Below the pieces are notes generated by a model. It did not search any database. It was not told where the DNA came from and saw only the letters and a program-made list of their open reading frames with translations. A stretch of 64,000 bases of DNA, taken from assembly GCA_020051955.1 (NCBI GenBank), contig JAGVQB010000045.1, forward strand, positions 1,356 through 65,355, written 5' to 3'. This stretch comes from a bacterium. Lineage in GTDB: Bacteria; Patescibacteriota; Patescibacteriia; UBA9934; GWF2-40-263. Made by a program: the position numbers and the translations under genes. Positions 9,212 through 19,156 of the stretch are shown one piece after another; position 1 is the first letter of the stretch; the number at the start of each line of letters is the position of its first letter.

Positions 9212-12200
9212 ATGCATACGAACGAAGGCGCTCCTTCTGTTGTGGAAGGATCAGAAAGTACAAAAGCGAAGAAGAAGATTGTTATTGTTGAACACGCGGG
9301 AGCTATTGAAACTGAATCTCGTGATGCAGCCGAAGCTCACATGTCTGCTTCTAAAAAAGAGTTGAAAGGCGTGCGTGGAGTTTTTAAAAAAATTTGGAAG
9401 CATAATTTATTTCACGAGTATTATCGTCAAAAAGAAATTGCATTAGTGCGCGAGAAAATACTTAATACCAAAAGTCTTTTTGCAGGTGAGAAAGAAGCTC
9501 GTGTAGCGCATAAGGCGGCGATGGGCGCGCTAACTGATCGTTTTTTGCAGGAGTATGAAGAGGCGGTACACAAGGAAGCCGGGGAGTCGCGAGAAGTACT
9601 TGGGAACGAGGAGACCGATGTTGATACTCGGGAAGAGATACACAAAGTATTGAGAGATTACGCGGCTGGAAATTTGACGGAGGAAACATTTGAGGAAGAA
9701 CGTAACAGGATACTGTCAAAGCTTACTGGCTTGTCGCGCGAGGCAATTCAAAGCGAGGTACGACATACGGACAGCTTGCGTGAGGTCGCGCACGGACTGC
9801 GACAGTCGGTTGAGCATGGATCGTGTCTTGAAGACCTCGATATTGATTTTGATATCGTGATTGGGCGCGCTAAGTGTGGAGTCCGCACAGAAGCACAGTT
9901 TAATACGGTGGATCGTATTGTGGAGAAAATCCAATCAAGTCGCGTTGGAAAGTTTTTGAATGAGACAACTGTCGCGTCGGCAGTCGCGATTGCGTATTCT
10001 CTGACAGCTGGGCTGTCCCAACGCTTGGCGCGAAGTAAGGCGCTCGCTTGGGGGAGTTTCGGACTTACTGCCGCGATCAGCGGCGGTGTTGCCGCGGCAA
10101 GGGAGAGCAAACGAATTGAAGAAGAACGTCGGCAACACGGAAGGGAAATGGCAAAGGGGCAAACTTTTGAGGAAACTCAAACGCCACGTCGCAAAGAAAT
10201 GGAAAACTATCGGTATGAAACAAAAGACGCGTATGTGATCACACGCGAACTTTCAGACACCCTCGAATATGATTTGAAAGAGGCCGAAGCATTTTCTCGC
10301 GTTGTTGAAAAGTTGTCTGATATTGAAGCACGCGTTCGGCTTTCTGATCGCCACAGCATTGATCTTATTTCGTATTCCAGCGGAGATTTGGTTGAGAATG
10401 AACGTTTGAATCTGGATATTGCTCGCGCTAAGGCAAAGGTAAAGTTGCGTCAGATGTACGCGTCCGGGCAGATCAACCTTACAGAGGGAGAAACAATGGA
10501 TGGATTTTTGGCAAAGTCCGCTGATCTGCAGATGGAAATATTGACTAAGGGTGATGCGGGTATTGAGGAAAAGAATCGAATTTTTAGAAAGATGAAAACA
10601 AAGCGAGTTGTGGGAGCCGCGCTCAAGGGGCTGGGGACAGGTCTCGTGATTGGTGGTGTATTTCAGGAGGCGGTAGCGTTTTTTAGCGATGCGCAGAGCG
10701 GTGTGGTTGAAGGAATGGTCGGCATACCACATGAGGCAGGGGAGAGGATAACAGCGCTTGAGCGCTTGCGAATGTTTTTGAAAGGGGAGACGTTTGATAC
10801 TCCTTTGGTTAACAGTATCGAAACGCACGCACCAGACGGAAGTCTTTTGAAACTTCCAGAGGATATAGAGATAGTGCCTAATGCTGGAAACGCGAATGTG
10901 TTTGACTTAGTTCGTGACGGGGAAACGATCGCGTCTGGGCTTGAATGCAAAGACGGGGTACTCACCGCGGCTTCGGCAAATGTGGTTGAAGATGCTGGTG
11001 GTTTTGTCGCGGTTGATAGTCATCAAGAGATGGTATTAGTACCAGGCGAACGCACCGCCGTTGATGTGGCAGGGAGTCGCACGGATCTTTTTCATCGAAT
11101 TCATCGAACCCTTTGGTATGGCAATGACACGCCCAAACCCATTTTTGATAAAAACGAATTAAAATTGGATTGGGGAGGTGGGGGTGATGGGTTTGATGAC
11201 AATGGTAATTTTACATTCAACATTGCTCGAATGAGGGCAGACGGTTCTTTTCAGGATGGTTTTTCAGTTGACGCGCAAAAGGCGATGAAAGAAGGCAAGC
11301 TGAAAATGATTCTTTCTTTGACGCGAGATACGCAAAGAGAGGTGGTGGAGATTCCGATTGATGCTCATGGAAACGCGGCTGTTGATCCAAACAGTGAAAT
11401 TGGAAAAATGTTTTTTAGTCAGAAAGATGGCAAGGCAGTATTCCACGGCGCGTTCGCTGAGGTCGTGCAGTCAACAGGCGTGGGAGAAGACGGTGGGGAG
11501 AACGTGCGAATATTGGCAACCCACATCGGAGACGAATCCGCTGTGCGAGAAGTGATACCAGAGCCAGTATTGGTTCCAGAATCGAAAGTCGTCTCAATTA
11601 CCAATATCACCTTGCCGCCAGGCGATGATCTTTTTGTCGTTCCTCCGATGGTGATTCCTGTGTTCGGAAGAAAGCCACTTGAATCCACAAAACAGCCAAC
11701 AGTTCCCCCACTACGTTATACTAAGCCACCAGAAATTGGGATCGGGTATTATTACAATTCGTTTCCGGAACAATCTGAACAGCAATGTAAAGCACGCATG
11801 TCTGAATCCTTGCGTAATAATCCTGATGCGCAGCTTGATACTGTTAAGGAGGTTCGACAATATATCGAAAAACAGGATGAAAAATATCGCGAACAGATTA
11901 AATTGTTAGCCGGGCAAGCAGACCCAATGGAGAATGGCTGTAAAGTTGCGGTATGTATTCCAGCCGCAGGTCATCAAGAGGGAGGAAATATCTATCGCAC
12001 GCTTGAAAATTATACTCATCAGATAGCTTCTCGAGATTCGTTCGAGATTTTGATTTTAGTTAATCGCCCTGATGTTGATGAGGAGGGGAAGCGTGTTGAG
12101 CCAGATCAGACAATAAATGAGATTCAACGTTTCAAAAAAGCGTATCCCGATATGCCAGTGCGAGTTATGGAAGTAATCCTTCCAAAAGGACAAGCAAAAA

Positions 12201-13093
12201 TCGGCACTATTCGGAAACTTCTGACTGACTCGGCTTTGGTACGGTATCTCGCGCGGGGTTCAGCGGTGTCTTCTGATTTAATCCTTCTTAGTAACGATGC
12301 GGATAATAAAGGAATGGCTCCAGAGTACGTTGATAATTTTATTAAAAAGTTTGACAGCAATACGGATACTGATGCGTTTTTAGGTCAATTGGATTGGGAT
12401 CCAGAATCTTATATTCGAAACCCGCTTGTGCATGTTGGAACACGTTTTTTCCAGTACGTGCACGCCGTACTCCAACGGCGTTGGAAATCCGTTTTTGGTT
12501 CTTCTGGCGCTAGCTTTGCTTATCGCGCGAGTGTGTATGCGGCCGTTGACGGGTATACTGATGGCATGACAGGTGGAGAAGATTGTGACGTGGGTGGACG
12601 TATTAGGTTAGCACGTCGAGGGGCTAAGACTCACGTCGCAGTGAGGTACGCGGGGAATCGTGTTTCTCGCCTATACACATCCTCTAGACGCGCGGAGCGT
12701 GCTATTAAGGATGGGCTTTCGCCTTCTGAACAATGGACGCGAAAGTTCAGCGCGTTTGATGATGATGTACGCAAAGTGAAATGGGAACTCACTGGTGGAA
12801 TGGATTGGGATGATATTAGTAAGGTCGAAACTTTTGTTAATCAACTAGAGACGGTGTTGAATCGAACGATTACTCAAACGATGAATGATTCCATTGATCG
12901 TGTGGCTGTTACAAAAGCGCTTGGTTGGCTTGGGATTAGTTTTGAATTCAATAAGGACCGCGGTATTCGTATTGTAAATGCCGATAAGCTTATCAATGGG
13001 CTAAAGAAATATCAGGTCGAAGGATTAGATATGATGAAACGGAAAACTGGGGAGCTTTCTAAGAAAAGAAAGCGCGCTAAAACCGAGAGGTAA
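9212..13093 (+). CDS. giant 1293-aa protein: charged coiled-coil N-terminus, predicted TM segments, C-terminal GT-A-like glycosyltransferase domain
   Basis: Uninterrupted 3.9 kb ORF. Hydrophobic stretches include VASAVAIAYSLTAGL and VVGAALKGLGTGLVIGGVF. The C-terminal region (ILILVNRPD, SNDADN as a DxD motif, GGEDCDVG) resembles GT2 catalytic domains. Confidence 0.75.
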   Translation: MHTNEGAPSVVEGSESTKAKKKIVIVEHAGAIETESRDAAEAHMSASKKELKGVRGVFKKIWKHNLFHEYYRQKEIALVREKILNTKSLFAGEKEARVAHKAAMGALTDRFLQEYEEAVHKEAGESREVLGNEETDVDTREEIHKVLRDYAAGNLTEETFEEERNRILSKLTGLSREAIQSEVRHTDSLREVAHGLRQSVEHGSCLEDLDIDFDIVIGRAKCGVRTEAQFNTVDRIVEKIQSSRVGKFLNETTVASAVAIAYSLTAGLSQRLARSKALAWGSFGLTAAISGGVAAARESKRIEEERRQHGREMAKGQTFEETQTPRRKEMENYRYETKDAYVITRELSDTLEYDLKEAEAFSRVVEKLSDIEARVRLSDRHSIDLISYSSGDLVENERLNLDIARAKAKVKLRQMYASGQINLTEGETMDGFLAKSADLQMEILTKGDAGIEEKNRIFRKMKTKRVVGAALKGLGTGLVIGGVFQEAVAFFSDAQSGVVEGMVGIPHEAGERITALERLRMFLKGETFDTPLVNSIETHAPDGSLLKLPEDIEIVPNAGNANVFDLVRDGETIASGLECKDGVLTAASANVVEDAGGFVAVDSHQEMVLVPGERTAVDVAGSRTDLFHRIHRTLWYGNDTPKPIFDKNELKLDWGGGGDGFDDNGNFTFNIARMRADGSFQDGFSVDAQKAMKEGKLKMILSLTRDTQREVVEIPIDAHGNAAVDPNSEIGKMFFSQKDGKAVFHGAFAEVVQSTGVGEDGGENVRILATHIGDESAVREVIPEPVLVPESKVVSITNITLPPGDDLFVVPPMVIPVFGRKPLESTKQPTVPPLRYTKPPEIGIGYYYNSFPEQSEQQCKARMSESLRNNPDAQLDTVKEVRQYIEKQDEKYREQIKLLAGQADPMENGCKVAVCIPAAGHQEGGNIYRTLENYTHQIASRDSFEILILVNRPDVDEEGKRVEPDQTINEIQRFKKAYPDMPVRVMEVILPKGQAKIGTIRKLLTDSALVRYLARGSAVSSDLILLSNDADNKGMAPEYVDNFIKKFDSNTDTDAFLGQLDWDPESYIRNPLVHVGTRFFQYVHAVLQRRWKSVFGSSGASFAYRASVYAAVDGYTDGMTGGEDCDVGGRIRLARRGAKTHVAVRYAGNRVSRLYTSSRRAERAIKDGLSPSEQWTRKFSAFDDDVRKVKWELTGGMDWDDISKVETFVNQLETVLNRTITQTMNDSIDRVAVTKALGWLGISFEFNKDRGIRIVNADKLINGLKKYQVEGLDMMKRKTGELSKKRKRAKTER

Positions 13094-13105
13094 AGTTGAT
13101 TGAGT

Positions 13106-13828
13106 ATGAGCGGTGAATGCAGATTCAGTGTCGTCATTCCTTTTAAGGATGAAGAGGACCGTCTTCCAAATACCGTCAAACAGGTTTTGGAATATTTTTT
13201 TTTGAAGGGTGTGACGTTTGAAATTATTTTGGTTGATGATGGGAGCGTTGATCAAACGGTTGCGCGAGTGAGCGAGTTTTTGAAAGATACGCGCGTGAGG
13301 CTGTTGAGGCACGAGGTAAATAAGGGGAAGGGCGCGGCGATACGGACTGGAGTCTTGGATAGTCGGGGAGAAATGGTTTTGTTTATGGACGCGGATATGG
13401 CAACGCCCATTGAGGAGTTTGGGAAGTTGCTTGTGGCAATTCGTGGCGGAGCTGATATCGCGATTGGATCGCGTGCGCACAAGCAATCGCAAGTTACTAA
13501 ACGACAGCCAGCGCACCGCGTCGTGATCGGCAAGATTGGAAACGCGCTTATTCGCTTGGTGCTTGGCCTTCCTTTTTCCGATACTCAATGCGGGTTCAAA
13601 ATGTTTATGCGCGCGACCGCGGTTGATCTATTTTCTGATTTAAAATTTCTACGTTGGAGTTTTGATTACGAAGTATTGTATCTTGCGCGACGGCACGGGT
13701 ACAAAATCGTGGAGGTGCCAATCGTCTGGCACAATATGCCAGGGTCGAAGTTTCATCCTGTCAAAGACGCGGTTCGTTGCTTTTGTGATTTGTTGAGTAT
13801 TAAGTGGAGGTACATTTTCAAAAAATGA
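13106..13828 (+). CDS. GT2-family glycosyltransferase, polyprenyl/dolichyl-phosphate hexose synthase-like (DPM1/ArnC-like)
   Basis: FSVVIPFKDEE...IILVDDGSVDQT...NKGKGAAIRTG...LFMDADMATP...QCGFK are typical GT2 DPM1-like motifs. Start set at the ATG at 13106; the track starts at TTG 13100. Confidence 0.88.
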   Translation: MSGECRFSVVIPFKDEEDRLPNTVKQVLEYFFLKGVTFEIILVDDGSVDQTVARVSEFLKDTRVRLLRHEVNKGKGAAIRTGVLDSRGEMVLFMDADMATPIEEFGKLLVAIRGGADIAIGSRAHKQSQVTKRQPAHRVVIGKIGNALIRLVLGLPFSDTQCGFKMFMRATAVDLFSDLKFLRWSFDYEVLYLARRHGYKIVEVPIVWHNMPGSKFHPVKDAVRCFCDLLSIKWRYIFKK

Positions 13829-13829
13829 T

Positions 13830-15545
13830 ATGGATTTTATTTTGAGCATTGCGACGTTGCAGATTCTTGCGGCATCGAAATTGATTCTGTTCGCGTCGTT
13901 TGTCGTGTTTCTGTTTTTGTTAGCTCGTTATAACCGACCATGGGCGTACGTGGTTTTGATTACAATCTCGGTCTCTGCCACGTATTACGTTTTGAGTGCG
14001 CCATTGCAGACTTTTTTTTGGGGTGGGCGGGGAGATGAAACTTTTGTTGCCGCGTATTTATCTCGCGTCTTGAATGGCGAGTTCCTGTCTGATTTCTATT
14101 ACTTCGGACTGCCACCATTTTACCCGCCATTGTATTTTTGGATCACGGGTTTTGTCAGCAAGCCGTTCGTTGCCTCCGCCATTGGCGCGGGAAAAATCGG
14201 CGTGCTAATCACACTGCTTGCATGGTGGGTGGTTCCATATTTTTTACAGAGACTGTTTTACTGCAAGTGGTTCCTTCGACAGGAAACGGAAAAGACAGTC
14301 ATCTCATCGCAGTGGTTTTGGTTCCTGGTCCCGACCTTCTTATTTGTCCTTCTGGATTTCGATAGCATTATTTTGAAACCTTACGAAACACTCCCAGCCC
14401 TGCTGTGTGTTTTGTTCATCGGCGTGTTCGCGTCAATGCTTGGATGGAGCAAGTGGGAGGCGAGACATTATTTGACGATCGGGTTTTTCGGTGGCGCGCT
14501 TTTCCTATCATATTATTTTTGGTGGTTCATTCTGATCCCAGTCATGTTTGCACTCGCGGTTTTGTCGAAAGATAAGTGGACGAATATCTTGCGCGTGGTC
14601 GGGGTTGGAGCAGTGATGTTTGTCGTGGCATCTCCCTATCTTATTCCGTTGTTGGGATCATTCGCGGGAGGAATCGAGAATTGGCAAGCGATCTTTTTCA
14701 TTCCATCAGACTTTTGGTCTTTTGCCCCATGGGGTGTGTCTTCCCTTCGCGGATTGGTTTGCTTGCTTGGGTTGTTTGGTCTGATTCGTTACAGAAAGAA
14801 TCCGTTTATCAGAGCCAACTTGCTTGTGTTGGGGATGGCGTACGCGTATCAAGGTGTTAGCATGATTTTGTTTCTCTTGGGTGGAAAACCAATCCAAGCC
14901 GCAAAACCATTCTTGTTTCTTGGCACTGCCACGTTGTGCGTTGGCGCGGCCGCGGCAATAATTTCGATTTTCAAATTTCTGTCGAGACGCCTTGACACAC
15001 AATCCGTTAAATCCGTCGCACTGGTGATGGTGATAGTCTTTGTGTCTCTTATGCCGCAAATTCGGTTTCTTGATGACCCAAAAGTTTTGCAACAGATAGA
15101 GTCTGATTTGCTAGAAACAGGGGACGTGTATCTGGCGGAGAATATTCAAAACACCGTTCCAGATTGGAATGAGCGCGCGTGGTTATCAAGTGGTACGGCT
15201 GGGTTGAACGCTTATTTGCCAATTCATTATTTTCTCGCGCACAACCCGCACTTTAGCCATCAGGCCGCGAAGTTTTCAGAGCGTTTTGATCGAGTCGTGA
15301 AACTCGCGAACGCTGGTTCCTCGGAGCGCTTTGTCGCGATAGCGGACGAGCAACCACGGATTGACGCGCTACTTTTTTTCAAAGACCCAGGCGCGCAAAC
15401 GTACCCGCTTTTTTTCTGGGAGGACAATTACCCAAACGGTGGAAAAGAAATCAGGATCGAGATTGACCCTGATTGGGTGTCAGAAAAGTTTTGGGATATG
15501 AGGCACGAGGATGATGATTGGGTGGTATATACGAGGAAGGAGTAA
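13830..15545 (+). CDS. polytopic membrane protein, probable GT-C glycosyltransferase partner of the GT2 (ArnT/PMT-like; inference)
   Basis: 571 aa with at least 10 predicted TM helices and a soluble C-terminal domain. Its start comes 2 nt after the stop of the upstream GT2 gene. The GT2 plus GT-C pairing is a classic polyprenyl-P-sugar synthase/transferase couple. Confidence 0.6.
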   Translation: MDFILSIATLQILAASKLILFASFVVFLFLLARYNRPWAYVVLITISVSATYYVLSAPLQTFFWGGRGDETFVAAYLSRVLNGEFLSDFYYFGLPPFYPPLYFWITGFVSKPFVASAIGAGKIGVLITLLAWWVVPYFLQRLFYCKWFLRQETEKTVISSQWFWFLVPTFLFVLLDFDSIILKPYETLPALLCVLFIGVFASMLGWSKWEARHYLTIGFFGGALFLSYYFWWFILIPVMFALAVLSKDKWTNILRVVGVGAVMFVVASPYLIPLLGSFAGGIENWQAIFFIPSDFWSFAPWGVSSLRGLVCLLGLFGLIRYRKNPFIRANLLVLGMAYAYQGVSMILFLLGGKPIQAAKPFLFLGTATLCVGAAAAIISIFKFLSRRLDTQSVKSVALVMVIVFVSLMPQIRFLDDPKVLQQIESDLLETGDVYLAENIQNTVPDWNERAWLSSGTAGLNAYLPIHYFLAHNPHFSHQAAKFSERFDRVVKLANAGSSERFVAIADEQPRIDALLFFKDPGAQTYPLFFWEDNYPNGGKEIRIEIDPDWVSEKFWDMRHEDDDWVVYTRKE

Positions 15546-15554
15546 TTTCCAGTT

Positions 15555-15653
15555 ACCGTTATCTACAGATTACAGCATGGCGAATACGAATGTCGTGCGA
15601 ATATGCGAATAGGATCGTCCCATTAGCATATTCGCACGAGATTCGCATTAGTT
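15555..15653 (-). repeat. copy 1 of a ~100 bp palindromic interspersed repeat (IR-element) with CTGTAATCTGTAGAT box
   Basis: Near-perfect reverse complement of 48331-48430. It contains the internal palindrome TCGTGCGAATATGC...GCATATTCGCACGA and lies between convergent genes. Confidence 0.75.
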
Positions 15654-15664
15654 AAATTTCAGAT

Positions 15665-16066
15665 TCATACGTTATCCGTTTTCCTGAACGTCCACAGCGT
15701 GTTCATTATAAAGTTCCATATCAATACAATCGCCACGATGAAAACCTTCGCGGCAACATACCAGATTCCAACTTTTAGGAAGATGAGCATCAGCAGGCTG
15801 TTGATCGCGAAGCCCACGACAGAAACGCACAAAAATTTTGTGAATTGATGAACGACGCGTTTATTTTTGTCTTTATAAGTCCAGAGCTTATTCCACGAGT
15901 AATTATTGATGACCGCCAGCAAAAAGGAAATTGTGTTGGCGATAAGCACTGGCCAAGCGAAAACTTCCACGAGAAATATTAGCACGACAAAGTCAATTAG
16001 CGTGCCGCTAAATCCAACGGCTGAATATTTTAGAAATCGTCGTGTGTATATTTTTTTTGCCAGCAT
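15665..16066 (-). CDS. GtrA-family membrane protein (polysaccharide/glycolipid translocation)
   Basis: FLKYSAVGFSGTLIDFVVLIFLVEVF...NNYSWNKLWTYKD has the typical GtrA (PF04138) layout with 4 TM helices. Start set at the ATG at 16066. Confidence 0.8.
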   Translation of the reverse strand: MLAKKIYTRRFLKYSAVGFSGTLIDFVVLIFLVEVFAWPVLIANTISFLLAVINNYSWNKLWTYKDKNKRVVHQFTKFLCVSVVGFAINSLLMLIFLKVGIWYVAAKVFIVAIVLIWNFIMNTLWTFRKTDNV

Positions 16067-16152
16067 ATTAGAAGTTTGACAGCATGTGGTATAGACCACG
16101 CTTCTTTATTGAAGCTTTAAACTCACTTTAAACTCACTTTAAAGTGAGTTAT

Positions 16153-17661
16153 TCACAGGAGTTTTCCTTGCAATAGTCCGGATTTTTTGGCTTCTTCACT
16201 TAAAAACCTTGGGTGTAATTTGAATGCCACATTGGGGTCTTGTTTTTTTTCGGTAGTTCGTACTAACACTTCTTTTCCAATCAATTCTTCGAGCCTTGCG
16301 TTAGTAAAAGGTCTTGACCTACCAAGAAGTTTTTCGACCTCGCTTGGGCGCACCTCCCCCTTCTCTTCAATGAGCTCAAGAATATTGTAGTGGGCTTCTT
16401 CCAAGCCGAGTTTTGTCAACTCGTTTTCATTGATGAAAGGCTTCGGTTCGGTCTTAATTTTTTCAGGGACAAGGGTTGCACGAAATAACACGCGGAACGC
16501 ACCAGCTTCTTCAAGAAATTCCGGTTCAGGCAGCCGAACGTCCCGCATCACTCTACGCATTCTTTCGATACCTGAGCCGCGTTTTTCCATGAATCCTCCC
16601 ATGCGGACAAGTGCTTCCGCGATCGTTGCGTTTCGTGAGCGGGGAGCGAAGTCGCCCCGTATAACAATTTCAATTGTTAATGGTGGTATGAATCCGCCTG
16701 GATTGAGTATAGACACCGACGTGCCCCTGACTCGAAGATGAGTCTCAGCTAATGAGTCGCGATAGTCCCGGTGTACAACCGCATTGACCACGGCCTCTCT
16801 AAGAGCCTCAAGAGGGATGACAGGAGTGTTAATTCGTCGGAAGCCGGCAATACGCGCGGCGACCGGAATATGACGCCGGATGAAAGCTTCAACGGCCCGA
16901 AGTTGATCGAAGAGCGTTCCACCGAATGTCTGGAGGTCATCCCAATCGTTTTGTTCCTCGTTCATTTTCACATCGGCCTTTATAACGGCATGAGGCAGAA
17001 AGTTTTGCGGATTTTTACCAAACAATAAGATTCCAGCGATGGTTGGCACAAAATTTCCATCCGTTCTTTTACTGACGAATCCTTCCCTCGAAAGAAGAGT
17101 CATTAAATCTTTCGTAGAAAATTCGTTAAAGCTCGTCTTTTTTAGATAACCTTCCGCGGCGTTCAAATCAAGGTCTTCGACACTGGCCGCTTCGAGTAGC
17201 ATACGATCTTGCGGATCAGGGCTTCGATCACGACACATCTGGGCGATCTGGTCATCAGAGGCCTCGATATTGGAACTGCCAATGCGAACAAAAGGTCTTT
17301 CGTAGCCGCGGATTTTATATGGTGGGCGGGGACCCTTTGGACAACGAACGATTACGATTTTCTGGCCTTTGAATTCCGTTATCTCTACGCTAGGTGAAAC
17401 ATCCAAATCAGGAACGTTGCCCCTCAATTGTTGGAAAAAACTATGCTCCAATTGTTGCGGGTTTGGCACTCCAACAACCTCGCCTGTCTTATCACGAATG
17501 CCAAAAAGAATTGTTCCGCCCTTGGTATTGTAAAAAGCAGTCAACGATCGCATGACGTGCAATTTATGTTCTTGCGCTTCGGTAGCCGAGAGATCAGCCT
17601 TGAGTTCGATGTGGTCATTCTCAAGCCCAGCTATTGCTTCTTGGATTTCAATTTCTGTCAT
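16153..17661 (-). CDS. Schlafen/AlbA_2 (divergent AAA) domain protein with C-terminal HATPase_c_4-like domain; putative regulator
   Basis: 502 aa. The N-terminal IELKADL...GGTILFGIRDKTGEVVG pattern is typical of AlbA_2/divergent-AAA domains. The C-terminal half resembles the RecG-C-terminal-like ATPase domain fused to a wHTH. Confidence 0.7.
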   Translation of the reverse strand: MTEIEIQEAIAGLENDHIELKADLSATEAQEHKLHVMRSLTAFYNTKGGTILFGIRDKTGEVVGVPNPQQLEHSFFQQLRGNVPDLDVSPSVEITEFKGQKIVIVRCPKGPRPPYKIRGYERPFVRIGSSNIEASDDQIAQMCRDRSPDPQDRMLLEAASVEDLDLNAAEGYLKKTSFNEFSTKDLMTLLSREGFVSKRTDGNFVPTIAGILLFGKNPQNFLPHAVIKADVKMNEEQNDWDDLQTFGGTLFDQLRAVEAFIRRHIPVAARIAGFRRINTPVIPLEALREAVVNAVVHRDYRDSLAETHLRVRGTSVSILNPGGFIPPLTIEIVIRGDFAPRSRNATIAEALVRMGGFMEKRGSGIERMRRVMRDVRLPEPEFLEEAGAFRVLFRATLVPEKIKTEPKPFINENELTKLGLEEAHYNILELIEEKGEVRPSEVEKLLGRSRPFTNARLEELIGKEVLVRTTEKKQDPNVAFKLHPRFLSEEAKKSGLLQGKLL

Positions 17662-17737
17662 AGTTTTGTGTCATAGGTTCCCAAAAGGGGCTTCCAGTTA
17701 TTCATATACTCCGGAGATATTTTTCGTCCGCTCGGTT

Positions 17738-19066
17738 TTAGTAATTGAATCCTTGAACCCAAAATGCTTGTACTAGGAAAAAGAGATAGGGGGCTACGAG
17801 CAATCCTAGAATCGGCAACGCGACTCGGTTTTTTTGCGCGCTCGCGAATCCGTAGATAATTGGGAATAAGTAAACAGGATAAATGAAAATTGATTTTACG
17901 ATCCCCATATCAAAATAATGGTATCGATAACTGAAGTAGATCAACGCTGAAAAGAAAGACGCTGTGATGCCAATGCCAAGCAGGGGGAGAACGTGCTGTT
18001 TTTTCTTGAGTGCGAGCGCGATCATTACGACCATACCCCACAACATAATCACAGCGGGCACAATCGCGAGCCAAACGAGTTTCGATGTGAGAGAAAAGTT
18101 TTGTTTTGTTACGTACGTGTTGCTCACGGTTGTGCGCACGAGATCCTCCGCGGGCGCTTGTGCGATCAGGTCATCATTTTCCATCATTCCATAGTAGTCA
18201 TAAAACGAATCCGCGTAGAACATACTCGAGAACGCGCGCCCACCAGAGTACCAGTATGGAAATTTGAAAATGTCAGCGTCAAACCATGTGTAGTCTTTTA
18301 CTCTCTCGTCGAGCTTGAGTGGCATCGGTTCCAAAAAGTTCTGATTGTTTATCGATGGAGCCGCAAGGACATTTTGCGCGCGATAGATTTGCCAGGGCAG
18401 AACAAGAATCACAACAGGCACGATGAAAAGGGCGAGTTTGATCCACGCGGATTTTTTGTGGCGCCTAAGCAGATCAATCATTAGTGTGAGACCAACGAAC
18501 GCGATCGGGATGACGGCGGTAACTTTTGTCAAAAGTGCCAGTCCGCAGACAATGCCAAGGGCGAGTGTATTTTTCCGAGTTGTTTTTTCTTTCCGTTGAT
18601 AATCAATCAACAGGGTGATAATCAGAAAGATGAAGAAGTAATTCAACAGTTCGTTTGTCAAAAAGGTTGACGCCTCGGTCATTGCTGGCAACAGACTCAA
18701 CATGATAAACGAGGATAGGATCGCGAGCTTGTTCTTTGTTGCTTGTTTGATGATTCTGTAAACAAGAAAACTCACGCCCAAGCTCAAGACCACTTGCGCC
18801 AGACTCAACGTCTTCAAAATTGGTTTGATGTCTTCTGTAAACAACAAAACGATTTTCGCCACGCCCGCGTAGATCAAATAATACAAAGGTTCATGCCATG
18901 CCACATAGTTATCCTCAATTGATGGGAAACGGTTTTCTTGGGCGAGCGATAGAATATAATCAATGTGCCCACCGCCGTCGTAACCCCAAAACGGGTTGAA
19001 GTGCCAAGCGTTGTGGATGCGAAATATGATGAGAAAGATTGTAAAAAAAATTAAACATATTTTCAT
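17738..19066 (-). CDS. GT-C family membrane glycosyltransferase (ArnT/PMT, GT39/83-like)
   Basis: 442 aa polytopic membrane protein. The first periplasmic loop carries WHEPLYYLIYAGV, reminiscent of the E-x-PPL-YW motif of ArnT/PMT enzymes. Confidence 0.65.
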   Translation of the reverse strand: MKICLIFFTIFLIIFRIHNAWHFNPFWGYDGGGHIDYILSLAQENRFPSIEDNYVAWHEPLYYLIYAGVAKIVLLFTEDIKPILKTLSLAQVVLSLGVSFLVYRIIKQATKNKLAILSSFIMLSLLPAMTEASTFLTNELLNYFFIFLIITLLIDYQRKEKTTRKNTLALGIVCGLALLTKVTAVIPIAFVGLTLMIDLLRRHKKSAWIKLALFIVPVVILVLPWQIYRAQNVLAAPSINNQNFLEPMPLKLDERVKDYTWFDADIFKFPYWYSGGRAFSSMFYADSFYDYYGMMENDDLIAQAPAEDLVRTTVSNTYVTKQNFSLTSKLVWLAIVPAVIMLWGMVVMIALALKKKQHVLPLLGIGITASFFSALIYFSYRYHYFDMGIVKSIFIYPVYLFPIIYGFASAQKNRVALPILGLLVAPYLFFLVQAFWVQGFNY

Positions 19067-19114
19067 AAAGGCAACATAAGAATAATTGTAAAAGGTGAAT
19101 AATACAAACTGAAA

Positions 19115-19150
19115 TATTAAAAGCCCACCAGAGAATGGTGGGTTTGCGTT
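19115..19150 (-). terminator. rho-independent terminator downstream of pyrB
   Basis: CCCACCAGAGAATGGTGGG hairpin (19124-19142), followed on the minus strand by TTTTAATATTT. Confidence 0.6.
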
Positions 19151-19156
19151 TATGTC

